Positions 10,554-18,651 of a stretch of 33,839 bases of DNA are shown one piece after another; positions within the stretch are counted from its first letter, which is position 1, and the number at the start of each line of letters is the position of its first letter. The stretch lies in sequence record SRR22947727_2248, one strand, 5' to 3'. The translations under genes were made by a program, and so were the position numbers. The notes beneath the pieces were generated by a model. It saw only the letters and a list, made by a program, of their open reading frames with translations, ran no database searches and was not told where the DNA came from.

Positions 10554-10928
10554 TCAGGTTAAGGATTTATACATCTGAAGTTCGCTCCAGATCTTTTCAT
10601 TCGTGCTATTGGCTTCGGTCAGGCGGGTTGCCAAGGCCCGAATAATGCCCTTAATTGCGGGGTCTACTTTTTCCATTTTTTGGGTCAGCACTGCCGAAGA
10701 GACATGCGTTAAAATGCAATCGGTACGCGCAATGGCATTCACCGTTCGCCGTTCGTCGAGCAATTGACCAATTTCGCCAAAAATTTCGCCCGCGTGCAAT
10801 GTGGTCAGATGCATATGGCCGGGCGATACGAGATCCACCTCGCCCGAATGCACGATATAGGCGCCGTCGGGCATCGTGGAGGCTTTGTAAATTGTTTGTC
10901 CGGCCTTAAAGTTAAAGAAGACAGCCAT
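10554..10928 (-). CDS. Stand-alone cyclic nucleotide-binding domain protein (no HTH)
   Basis: FKAGQTIY, AYIVHSGEV and GEIFGEIG..RRTVNAIA (phosphate-binding cassette), then a C-helix ending RL...N. ATG at 10928 has an AGGAT RBS; 124 aa. Confidence 0.82.
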   Translation of the reverse strand: MAVFFNFKAGQTIYKASTMPDGAYIVHSGEVDLVSPGHMHLTTLHAGEIFGEIGQLLDERRTVNAIARTDCILTHVSSAVLTQKMEKVDPAIKGIIRALATRLTEANSTNEKIWSELQMYKSLT

Positions 10929-11221
10929 GTGAGATATCCTATCATAATTTAAGAAGACATGCGCCGGCCAATCTTTGCAGATTTGCCTAAATATACGCGC
11001 TTCTGCTTTCAGCGAAAGCGAATTTTTACCGTAGATCAAGGGTTAATTTTGACGACATGTATATTTTAGCAATAGAGAGAAACCGAACTTTAGCAGGCGA
11101 AGCCGTCCATTGAACCGGGAAGAAGCGTGGCAGGGCGATGGCGAGACCTGCGTTGTTTTTGTGACGCGCCGCCACGCGCGAAGGTGCAAAAGATGCCGCT
11201 GCGCGCAGCCCCTTAATATAG

Positions 11222-11297
11222 TTGCGGCCGCGCTTGTGGGAGGACAAGAGCAGCCGCCGAAGATCGAAAACCCTTGGGAGGTAGGGATTTTCGAGTT
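11222..11297 (-). ncRNA. Cuckoo/CcsR-like small RNA (two hairpins with CCUCCC loops) in the 3' UTR of the DUF1127 gene
   Basis: Minus strand hairpin 1 is UCGAAAAUCCCU-ACCUCCCA-AGGGUUUUCGA (plus 11294-11264). Hairpin 2 is GCGGCUGCUCUUGU-CCUCCC-ACAAGCGCGGCCGC (plus 11257-11224). Starts about 8 nt after the DUF1127 stop, as in the R. sphaeroides ccaF1-ccsR locus. Confidence 0.8.
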
Positions 11298-11302
11298 GCC
11301 TT

Positions 11303-11518
11303 TTAAAGCGCGTTGGCCGCGTCCAGTGCTAAACGGCGAATTGACGCGCGGCTTACCCCTAAATCGGAGAGATCGCGATCGCTCAACGCGCTTAGCTCGT
11401 TCACGGTTGTGCGGTAAACCCGCCGACGCTGCATTGCTTCGGTCAGTTTGTTGAGGGCTGCGAAAATGCCGCCAAATGCGGCTGGTTTGGCGAATGAACT
11501 GTCAGCTGTGTAAGCCAT
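11303..11518 (-). CDS. DUF1127 (YjiS-like) small RNA-binding protein, CcaF1-like, 71 aa
   Basis: RRRVYRTTVNELSALSDRDLSDLGVSRASI is the DUF1127 signature. ATG at 11518 has an AAGGA RBS; the ORF track over-extends to 11632. Confidence 0.92.
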   Translation of the reverse strand: MAYTADSSFAKPAAFGGIFAALNKLTEAMQRRRVYRTTVNELSALSDRDLSDLGVSRASIRRLALDAANAL

Positions 11519-11617
11519 ATTATTATCCTTTATGAGAAGAGTTGTCTCTGCGTCTCTGGTGATAAGAGAGATAAATTTATTCTGCGATTGCACAATAGAT
11601 AAGCCTGCAATGCCGCT

Positions 11618-11632
11618 ATGCAGCATTTGCAT
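11618..11632. promoter_or_regulatory. LysR-type palindrome ATGC-N7-GCAT upstream of the DUF1127 gene
   Basis: ATGC-AGCATTT-GCAT (T-N11-A) lies about 100 bp upstream of the start. A possible RpoH-like promoter (TTG-N17-TTTATCT, minus strand, about 11595-11569) lies between it and the gene. Confidence 0.5.
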
Positions 11633-11720
11633 GATTGGGGTTGGGGCGCTAAGTCGCGCAGGCGGATATATGATCCGGCTTGCATGTTTATTCTAAATTC
11701 GGCATGTCGGCTGGGAAGCG

Positions 11721-12800
11721 ATGAAAGGCAAGAACATGCGCGATCAAATTATTCAAGAATTAGACAAAATTAAGATGCCAAACGGCCAATCTATCGTCGC
11801 GCTTGATATGGTGCGGGCGCTCACGATCGACGAGGGCCATGTACAATTTGTGATCGAAGCCCCATCTGCTGCGGTGGCCGGCGCGCTAGAGTCGCTGCGG
11901 CAGCAAGCGGTTGAGGCCGTTACCGCCTTGGCCGGTGTGAATAAAACCAGCGTCATTTTAACCGCCCATAGTGGCGCTGCCGAAAAGCCCGAGCCGCCTC
12001 AATTGAAAATTGGAGGCCACCCCAAGCCGCAGGCGGCGCCGATGAAGCCGGCGGGTGTGGCGCGCATTCTGGCCATCGCCTCTGGAAAGGGCGGGGTAGG
12101 AAAATCCACCGTTTCGTCAAATTTGGCGGTTGCTTTGGCCAAGCAGGGCCGCCGCGTGGGCTTGTTGGATGCAGATATTTATGGGCCATCGCAGCCGCGT
12201 ATGATGGGGGTGCAACAGCGCCCGGCCAGCCCGGATGGTAAAACCATTATACCGCTCCAGGCCCATGGGGTGACGATGATGTCGATTGGCCTGATGCTCG
12301 ACCCTGACAAAGCGATTGTGTGGCGTGGGCCGATGCTAATGGGCGCCTTGCAGCAAATGATTTCACAAGTGGCCTGGGGGGAGCTAGATGTTTTGATCGT
12401 TGACCTTCCGCCTGGAACCGGCGATGTGCAGCTGACGCTGTGCCAAAAATCAGAAGTCAGCGGGGCGATTGTAGTGTCAACGCCGCAGGATGTTGCGCTG
12501 ATAGATGCGCGCAAAGCGCTGGATATGTTTTCCACATTGAAAACACCCGTGCTTGGGCTGATCGAAAATATGTCGGTATTTCATTGCCCACATTGCGGGG
12601 AACCCAGTGAAATTTTTGGGCATGGCGGCGTGGCAAAAGAGGCCGAGGCGCTCAATCTTCCGCTCTTGGCGGCATTGCCGATCGATCTTGAGACGCGCAC
12701 AGCGGGCGATGCGGGATGTCCCGTCGCGGCGGGCACTGGCCCGGTGGCCGAAGCCTATGGGGCGTTGGCCGCACGTCTTGTACAAGGCGGTATGGCCTGA
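11721..12800 (+). CDS. mrp: Mrp/NBP35 (ApbC) iron-sulfur cluster carrier ATPase
   Basis: [33 protein letters not shown] and IENMS..CPHC. The start could alternatively be MRDQ at 11736. Confidence 0.95.
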   Translation: MKGKNMRDQIIQELDKIKMPNGQSIVALDMVRALTIDEGHVQFVIEAPSAAVAGALESLRQQAVEAVTALAGVNKTSVILTAHSGAAEKPEPPQLKIGGHPKPQAAPMKPAGVARILAIASGKGGVGKSTVSSNLAVALAKQGRRVGLLDADIYGPSQPRMMGVQQRPASPDGKTIIPLQAHGVTMMSIGLMLDPDKAIVWRGPMLMGALQQMISQVAWGELDVLIVDLPPGTGDVQLTLCQKSEVSGAIVVSTPQDVALIDARKALDMFSTLKTPVLGLIENMSVFHCPHCGEPSEIFGHGGVAKEAEALNLPLLAALPIDLETRTAGDAGCPVAAGTGPVAEAYGALAARLVQGGMA

Positions 12801-13043
12801 TTGGGCGTGTTTGCGCAGCGCCTTGCACGAAAGCTTAACGGCGCTGGGGCCTTAAAGAACGCAAATTCCACAAGAATTGGGAATTCGTGGGAAGTGTCTA
12901 TTTGAGGCCTATCTATCGCAATTTTTTCGTCAGAAAGCTCGAAATATATCTGTCTATTCAAGAAACTCTACCAGTTCTTCTCCAAAATTGTGGGAATTGA
13001 ACCGTGAGGGCGGATTTTTGCACGTTATGCTTCCCTCACAAAT

Positions 13044-13090
13044 AATCTACATTTAGTATTTTTTTATGTGATATATACACTATGTGGGGG
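13044..13090. promoter_or_regulatory. Tandem NrdR-like boxes
   Basis: aatCtAcATtTaGtat (13044-13059) and ataCactATgTgGggg (13075-13090) against the consensus acaCwAtATaTwGtgt; 31 bp start-to-start. Confidence 0.45.
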
Positions 13091-13136
13091 CGTCCGGGTG
13101 ATCTGTTTTGAGTTTCAATTTCAACTTGTATTATTT

Positions 13137-13161
13137 TCCCATAATTTACCATAAAATCCCA
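13137..13161 (-). promoter_or_regulatory. MraZ-type autoregulatory boxes (TGGGA repeats, 10-bp period)
   Basis: Plus strand TCCCA(13137)-N5-TACCA(13147)-N5-TCCCA(13157), directly upstream of a putative -35 TTGATA (13170-13175) and -10 region TGGCATCAAT. Confidence 0.65.
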
Positions 13162-13204
13162 AATTTTTCTTGATATAAGGCGACTGACATGGCATCAATG
13201 GCCA

Positions 13205-13404
13205 TAGGTAAAGCGGGATATCAAAATACGGACGCTAAGATCCGAATTCCTTTGGCAGGTTTCATGCAGGCCCCGACTTTACCGCAGCAAGATGTCCGGC
13301 GCGCGCACGTTCTCCCCCCCCAGGTCTGCGCCGCCGGACGTTTCCGCCCCGCGGAGCAAGATTGGCGGATTGGGTGTATGTCTCCTGATCCGCCGCTTTG
13401 TTTT
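13205..13404 (+). ncRNA. UpsM-like sRNA / structured 5' leader of mraZ
   Basis: About 200 nt between the predicted promoter and a terminator-like hairpin, ending about 30 nt before the mraZ ATG. Position matches UpsM of Rhodobacteraceae. The 5' end is estimated from the promoter guess. Confidence 0.6.
13364..13404 (+). terminator. Intrinsic terminator within the mraZ leader
   Basis: GGCGGATTGGG-tgtatgtct-CCTGATCCGCC (11-bp stem with two G-U pairs) followed by GCTTTGTTTT. Confidence 0.7.
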
Positions 13405-13435
13405 AAAGGGTGTTGGGGAAAGGCGTTGGGCGCGA

Positions 13436-13933
13436 ATGCGAAGATTTAGAGGCGAAAGTCTGCATAAGATCGATGCGAAGGGCAGGGTGTCAATCCCGGC
13501 GCTATTTCGCCGCGTGATCCAAGCCTGCGATCCCAATTGGCAAGAAGGCTTGCCCCCCGAATTAGTCATTGTCTACGGCGATGCGCGCCGACCCTTTCTG
13601 GAATGTTATACGGTTGAGGCCATCGAAGAGGTGGATCGTAAAATTGATCAATTGCCGCGCGGATCGGTGGGGCGAAAAACGCTGGAGCGGTTATTTCACG
13701 GACAAAGCCATCCTACCTCTGTTGATGAGACGGGTCGTTTGGTCTTGCCTGCCAAGCTGCGTCAGAAAATTGCGGTTGAGGGCGAGGCTTATTTTATCGC
13801 CGCCGGCGACACGTTTCAAATTTGGAACCCCGACAGCTACAGCGAGGATCAGGCCAAAACCGAGGCGTGGTTGAGCGACCAGCCGGATGATTTTGATCCG
13901 CTCAGCTTTTTGGATGGCGGTCAGGAAGGGTGA
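13436..13933 (+). CDS. mraZ: Division/cell wall cluster transcriptional repressor MraZ
   Basis: [19 protein letters not shown] and [10 protein letters not shown] repeats, plus FQIWNP. True start is ATG 13436 (MRRFRG); the ORF track extension from 13292 runs through the leader RNA. Confidence 0.95.
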   Translation: MRRFRGESLHKIDAKGRVSIPALFRRVIQACDPNWQEGLPPELVIVYGDARRPFLECYTVEAIEEVDRKIDQLPRGSVGRKTLERLFHGQSHPTSVDETGRLVLPAKLRQKIAVEGEAYFIAAGDTFQIWNPDSYSEDQAKTEAWLSDQPDDFDPLSFLDGGQEG

Positions 13934-14931
13934 GGGTGGCATCTGTGGCGATTGCACAGTCAGACAAGCCTCATATACCGGTTCTGATCGAGCAAATCCT
14001 TTCGCAGATTGCTCCGGTTTCGGGCCGCTGGTTGGACGGTACTTTTGGCGCGGGCGGCTATACGCTGGCGCTGTTAGAGGCCGGGGCTGAAAAGGTTTTT
14101 GGGGTGGATCGTGATCCTGCGGTTTTTGATCTGCCGCGGGCTTGGCCGACGGCTTTGCAAAGCCGTTTAGAGTTCATTCCGGGCTTGTTTTCGAAGCTTG
14201 ATGACTATGCGCAAGAGCTGGATGGGATCGTTTTGGACCTTGGGGTCTCTTCCATGCAGCTTGATCAGGCTGAGCGGGGGTTCTCATTCATGCGCGATGG
14301 CCCGCTGGATATGCGGATGAGCCAGTCGGGCCCCAGCGCGGCTGATTTGGTGAATGGTTTGCCCGAAGCCGATATTGCCAATCTGTTATATTTATACGGA
14401 GAAGAACGCGCCAGTCGCAGAATTGCCAAATCGATTGTGCAACGCCGCAGTGACGCCGCTTTTAAAACCACGTTGGATCTGGCGCAGCTAATCGAAAAGG
14501 CGCTGCCGCGCACCAAACCTGGGCAATCCCACGCGGCGACGCGCAGCTTTCAGGCGCTGCGCATCGCAGTGAATAATGAATATGGTGAGCTTTTCGCAGG
14601 CTTGCTTGCAGGCGAGCGTGCGTTACGGGCAGGCGGTTTGTTTTGCGTTGTGAGCTTTCATTCAATTGAAGACCGCATGGTTAAACGTTTTTTCCAAATG
14701 CGCGCGGGCCGCGCAGGCTCAAACAATCGTTATGCGCCGCATAGCGCGCCATTGCCCATCCAATTTGAATTGGTTTCGCGCAAGCCAATTTTGGGAACGC
14801 CCGAAGAAATTGCACAAAACCCCCGCGCACGCTCTGCGAAGTTGCGAATTGCGCGGCGCACCGACAGCGCGGCGGGCGGGGTTGTTAAACCCTCGGATTT
14901 GGGGATGCCGCTCATGGATTTGCCGCTATGA
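13930..14931 (+). CDS. rsmH: 16S rRNA (cytosine(1402)-N4)-methyltransferase
   Basis: [47 protein letters not shown] and [10 protein letters not shown]. Exact start is uncertain. Confidence 0.97.
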   Translation: MRVASVAIAQSDKPHIPVLIEQILSQIAPVSGRWLDGTFGAGGYTLALLEAGAEKVFGVDRDPAVFDLPRAWPTALQSRLEFIPGLFSKLDDYAQELDGIVLDLGVSSMQLDQAERGFSFMRDGPLDMRMSQSGPSAADLVNGLPEADIANLLYLYGEERASRRIAKSIVQRRSDAAFKTTLDLAQLIEKALPRTKPGQSHAATRSFQALRIAVNNEYGELFAGLLAGERALRAGGLFCVVSFHSIEDRMVKRFFQMRAGRAGSNNRYAPHSAPLPIQFELVSRKPILGTPEEIAQNPRARSAKLRIARRTDSAAGGVVKPSDLGMPLMDLPL

Positions 14932-15284
14932 TGCGCAGTTTTCTTTATGTCACCACGGCAAGCGCTGTGATCGCGTTGGCCTATTGGGCCTATACGGAAA
15001 ACATAAAAACGCAAGCGGCCATAACTCATACCGAGCAGTTGCAGGCTGAAATAGGCAAGCAGCGGGCCCGCTTGGCCATTTTAAAAGCCGAATGGGCCTA
15101 TCAAAATCGGCCCGAGCGGTTACAAGATTTGGCCAATCTGAACTTTGATCGGTTGCAATTATTGCCTTTGCGTGCGGATCATTTTGGCATTGTTGAGCAT
15201 GTTTCCTACCCGCTTTTGCCCAGCTTTGATTTATTGCTGGTTGATCCGGTTGATGTGGCGGAAAGGTCGGTGGAACGTGACTGA
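14928..15284 (+). CDS. ftsL: Cell division protein FtsL (alphaproteobacterial type)
   Basis: N-terminal TM helix, coiled coil and [14 protein letters not shown]; lies between rsmH and ftsI. Confidence 0.9.
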   Translation: MMRSFLYVTTASAVIALAYWAYTENIKTQAAITHTEQLQAEIGKQRARLAILKAEWAYQNRPERLQDLANLNFDRLQLLPLRADHFGIVEHVSYPLLPSFDLLLVDPVDVAERSVERD

Positions 15285-17094
15285 TTTCAGCCAATTTTCG
15301 GGACTGCGCAGCCCATTGCGTCCGCTCAGTCAGATTTTGCCGGCGCGGGCGCGTGGCGAAGATACGCGCCAAATCGAACAAGACAATATCAAGGCGCGGC
15401 ATCTTGCAAGGCGCGATAAATCCCGCCTCACGGCGCAGGGGCGTATGCTGGTGCTGGGGGGGATTTTCTTGTGCTTATATGCGGTATTGGTTGTGCGTAT
15501 TGGCATGTTATCCAGCGCTGAGCCAACTGAGCCCACCGCGCAAGATTTTGGCCTGTCAATTGTGGCGCAACGGGCCGATATCGTGGATCGCAAGGGCCGC
15601 ATTCTTGCGACCAATATGGAAACCCATTCCTTATACGTTGAAACCCCGCATTTGGTGGATGCGGCCGGCACGGCGCAGGCTTTGGCGCGTATTTTTCCCG
15701 ATTTAGACGCTGAAAAACTGTCTAAAAGTTTCACAGATGGGCGAAAGTTTTTATGGATTAAGAAAAAGATAAGCCCAGAGCAAATGCAGCGGGTGCATGA
15801 TATTGGCGATCCGGGGTTGCGGTTTGGGCCCCGTGAAATGCGGCTTTATCCCAATGGAAACTTGGCCGCGCATATTTTGGGAGGCACCAGCTTTGGCCGC
15901 GAGGGCGTACATTCGGCCGAGGTTGTGGGCGTTGCGGGTGTAGAAAAATCTTATGATGCGCGTTTGCGTGATCCCAGCCAATCCGCCACTGCTCTGAAAT
16001 TATCGATTGATTTATCGGTTCAGGCCGCAACCGAACAGGTTTTATGGGGCGGTATGCAATTAATGAATGCTAAAGGCGCGGCGGCGGTGCTCATGGAAGT
16101 TGAAACCGGAAAAGTGATTTCATTGGCGTCTTTGCCCGATTTTGATCCCAATGATCGCCCGGCGCCGCCGGTTCAGGGGCAAGCTGCCGACAGCCCTTTG
16201 TTCAATCGCGCCGTTCAGGGCGTGTATGAGTTAGGCTCTACGTTTAAGATTTTTGCCGCAGCGCAAGCGATGGAGCTTGGGCTGGTTAACCCGCAAACCA
16301 TTATCGATATTCGAGGCCCTATTCGGTGGGGCCGGTTTTCCATCCGTGACCACCATTATCTTGATAAAGAGCTGTCAGTGGCAGATATCATCATCCGTTC
16401 AAGTAATATCGGAACGGCGCGGATTGCACAGTTGATCGGCGCCGAGCGCCAACAGATCTTTTTGGGGCAGCTTGGTCTGCTGACGCCAATCCCGTTTGAG
16501 ATGATTGAAGCCAGCGGCGGCAAACCAATTTTGCCTCCAAAATGGTCCGAGCTCTCCGCGATGACGATTTCTTATGGCCATGGCCTCTCGGCGACGCCGC
16601 TGCATCTGGCCAGTGCTTATGCCACCATCGCCAATGGCGGATTTAAAGTGCAGCCAACCTTGTTTGATGCGCCGCGCTCTGGTGAAAAAGAACGGCTGAT
16701 CTCACCAGAGGTGGCCAGCGCGTCTTTGGCTATGTTGCGCGAAGTTGTGCACGGCAAGCAGGGCACGGCTTCCTTTGCCCGACTGCCGGGCTACGCGGTT
16801 GCTGGTAAGACGGGCACAGCTGATAAGCCAAACCCGCGTGGCGGCGGCTATTACAAGGATAAGGTCTTGGCCACGTTTGCTTCGGTTTTTCCGGCAGATA
16901 ATCCTAAATATGTGTTGGTTGTAACGCTTGACGAGCCAGAAGAACGCTCGGGCAAAAAGCCCCGCCGAACCGCCGGTTGGACGGCCGTCCCCGTTGCCAG
17001 TGAGCTGATTGCCCGCATCGCACCGCTTTTGGGGCTGCGCCCGCAGATTGAAACCCAGCCACAGGCTGCTATAACCTTCGCATCCAGCAATTAA
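15277..17094 (+). CDS. ftsI: Penicillin-binding protein 3 / class B PBP
   Basis: RADIVDRKG, RLYPNG, GSTFK (SxxK), SSNIG (SxN) and GKTGT (KTG). Probable GTG start at 15277. Confidence 0.95.
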   Translation: MTDFSQFSGLRSPLRPLSQILPARARGEDTRQIEQDNIKARHLARRDKSRLTAQGRMLVLGGIFLCLYAVLVVRIGMLSSAEPTEPTAQDFGLSIVAQRADIVDRKGRILATNMETHSLYVETPHLVDAAGTAQALARIFPDLDAEKLSKSFTDGRKFLWIKKKISPEQMQRVHDIGDPGLRFGPREMRLYPNGNLAAHILGGTSFGREGVHSAEVVGVAGVEKSYDARLRDPSQSATALKLSIDLSVQAATEQVLWGGMQLMNAKGAAAVLMEVETGKVISLASLPDFDPNDRPAPPVQGQAADSPLFNRAVQGVYELGSTFKIFAAAQAMELGLVNPQTIIDIRGPIRWGRFSIRDHHYLDKELSVADIIIRSSNIGTARIAQLIGAERQQIFLGQLGLLTPIPFEMIEASGGKPILPPKWSELSAMTISYGHGLSATPLHLASAYATIANGGFKVQPTLFDAPRSGEKERLISPEVASASLAMLREVVHGKQGTASFARLPGYAVAGKTGTADKPNPRGGGYYKDKVLATFASVFPADNPKYVLVVTLDEPEERSGKKPRRTAGWTAVPVASELIARIAPLLGLRPQIETQPQAAITFASSN

Positions 17095-17142
17095 GGGAGG
17101 GCGCAGACCTATGGTCCGGTGTCTTGGTTTTCAAACCCGACG

Positions 17143-18651
17143 ATGTCTTCGGATGCTGAGGGCGCTGCGTTGAAATCCCTGGCTGAGCTGGGTCTCACCG
17201 CTTTAAGGCCATTTTCTAAGCCACTTTCGGGGCTGTTTATTGACAGCCGGCTGGTGCAGGAGGGGGGCCTGTTCATCGCTTTGCCTGGCACGCAAAGCCA
17301 CGGGGCTGAATTTGCCGCGCAAGCGATTGAGCATGGAGCAGCTGCAGTTCTGACCGACCAAGACGGTCACGCTCTTATGCGCCAATCTTTGGCAGAGATA
17401 TCGGTCGCGATGGTGGTTGTTGAGGATCCGGCCGCCGCGCTTGCATCTGCCGCGGCCCTTTGGTTTGAGGCGCAGCCACAAAAGATTGTAGCGGTGACCG
17501 GCACCAATGGAAAAACATCCGTGACGCATTTTTGCCGACAAATTTGGACAGAGCTTGATTATCAGGCCATCAATCTGGGCACCAATGGTGTGCAAGGGGC
17601 GTTTACGGCGCCGCTATCTTACACCACCCCGGATGCACTTATTTTGCAATCGCTTTTGGCAAAAGCGGCGTTGGCCGGGGTGACGCATGCGGCAATTGAA
17701 GCCTCCAGCCACGGTTTGCAGCAGCGCCGGCTGGACGGGGTGAAACTTTGCGCTGCAGGCTTTACCAATTTCACGCAAGATCATTTGGATTATCACAAAG
17801 ATTTTGAGGATTATTTTCGCGCCAAAACGGGCTTATTTGATCGGCTGTTACTGCAAGATCAGCCCGCTGTTTTAAATATTGATGATCCTAAGCTTGCTGA
17901 GCTGGCAGCGCGGCTTGAACAATCAGATCAAGCGATGATCACGATTGGGCACTGTCCCGAAGCTGATATCCGCATCGATAATTTGCGCTTTACCGCCACC
18001 GGGCAGGATATGCGATTTACCTATCAGGAAATACCGCGGCTTGTCAGCTTGCCGCTGCTTGGAAAATTTCAAGCTGAAAATGTTCTGATGGCCGCGGCTT
18101 TGGTGATTGCTGCCGGCGCAAAGCCTGCGTCGGTGTTTGAGACTTTAGAGCATCTCACGACCGTGCGGGGCCGGATGGAATTGGCGGCGCAGCGTGAAAA
18201 TGGAGCGCTGGTTTTTGTCGATTATGCGCATACACCCGATGCGCTTGAAAAGGCTATTTCCGCTTTAAGGCCGCATGTTTTGGGGCGTCTGGTGGCGGTG
18301 ATCGGGGCCGGCGGGGATCGCGATCACTTCAAACGGCCATTGATGGGGGCTGCGGCTGCGGGCGCGGCTGATTTTGTGTTTGTGACCGATGATAATCCGC
18401 GCAGCGAAGATCCAAGCGAAATTCGCAAAATGGTGATCAGCGGCATGTCAGAGCCAGCGCAGGTAAAAGAAGTGGGGGATCGCGCCGAAGCTATCTTGCG
18501 CGCGGTTGATATGCTTAAGCCAGGTGATGCGCTGTTGATTGCTGGCAAAGGGCATGAAACCGGTCAAGTGATCGGAGATGATATTTTGCCTTTTGATGAT
18601 GTTGAGCAGGCCAGTTTGGCCGTGGCCGCGCTGGATGGAGGGCTTGTATGA
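17143..18651 (+). CDS. murE: UDP-N-acetylmuramoyl-L-alanyl-D-glutamate--2,6-diaminopimelate ligase
   Basis: VTGTNGKTS, EASSHGL, QDHLDYH, VDYAHTPD, DDNPRSE (DAP-specific DNPR) and AGKGHE. Start is uncertain (GTG 17119, ATG 17143 or TTG 17170). Confidence 0.95.
   Translation: MSSDAEGAALKSLAELGLTALRPFSKPLSGLFIDSRLVQEGGLFIALPGTQSHGAEFAAQAIEHGAAAVLTDQDGHALMRQSLAEISVAMVVVEDPAAALASAAALWFEAQPQKIVAVTGTNGKTSVTHFCRQIWTELDYQAINLGTNGVQGAFTAPLSYTTPDALILQSLLAKAALAGVTHAAIEASSHGLQQRRLDGVKLCAAGFTNFTQDHLDYHKDFEDYFRAKTGLFDRLLLQDQPAVLNIDDPKLAELAARLEQSDQAMITIGHCPEADIRIDNLRFTATGQDMRFTYQEIPRLVSLPLLGKFQAENVLMAAALVIAAGAKPASVFETLEHLTTVRGRMELAAQRENGALVFVDYAHTPDALEKAISALRPHVLGRLVAVIGAGGDRDHFKRPLMGAAAAGAADFVFVTDDNPRSEDPSEIRKMVISGMSEPAQVKEVGDRAEAILRAVDMLKPGDALLIAGKGHETGQVIGDDILPFDDVEQASLAVAALDGGLV

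Noticed and set aside
11519-11632. N-terminal extension of the DUF1127 ORF
   Set aside because: Covers promoter elements; a clear RBS precedes ATG 11518.
12800-13200. Replication origin in the long AT-rich intergenic region
   Set aside because: I saw no DnaA-box cluster, and the motifs are better explained as dcw promoter elements.
13292-13435. N-terminal extension of MraZ in the ORF track
   Set aside because: Runs through the leader terminator hairpin; MraZ similarity begins at MRRFRG (13436).
15145-15276. N-terminal extension of FtsI
   Set aside because: Overlaps ftsL extensively and has implausible composition; GTG 15277 is the better start.
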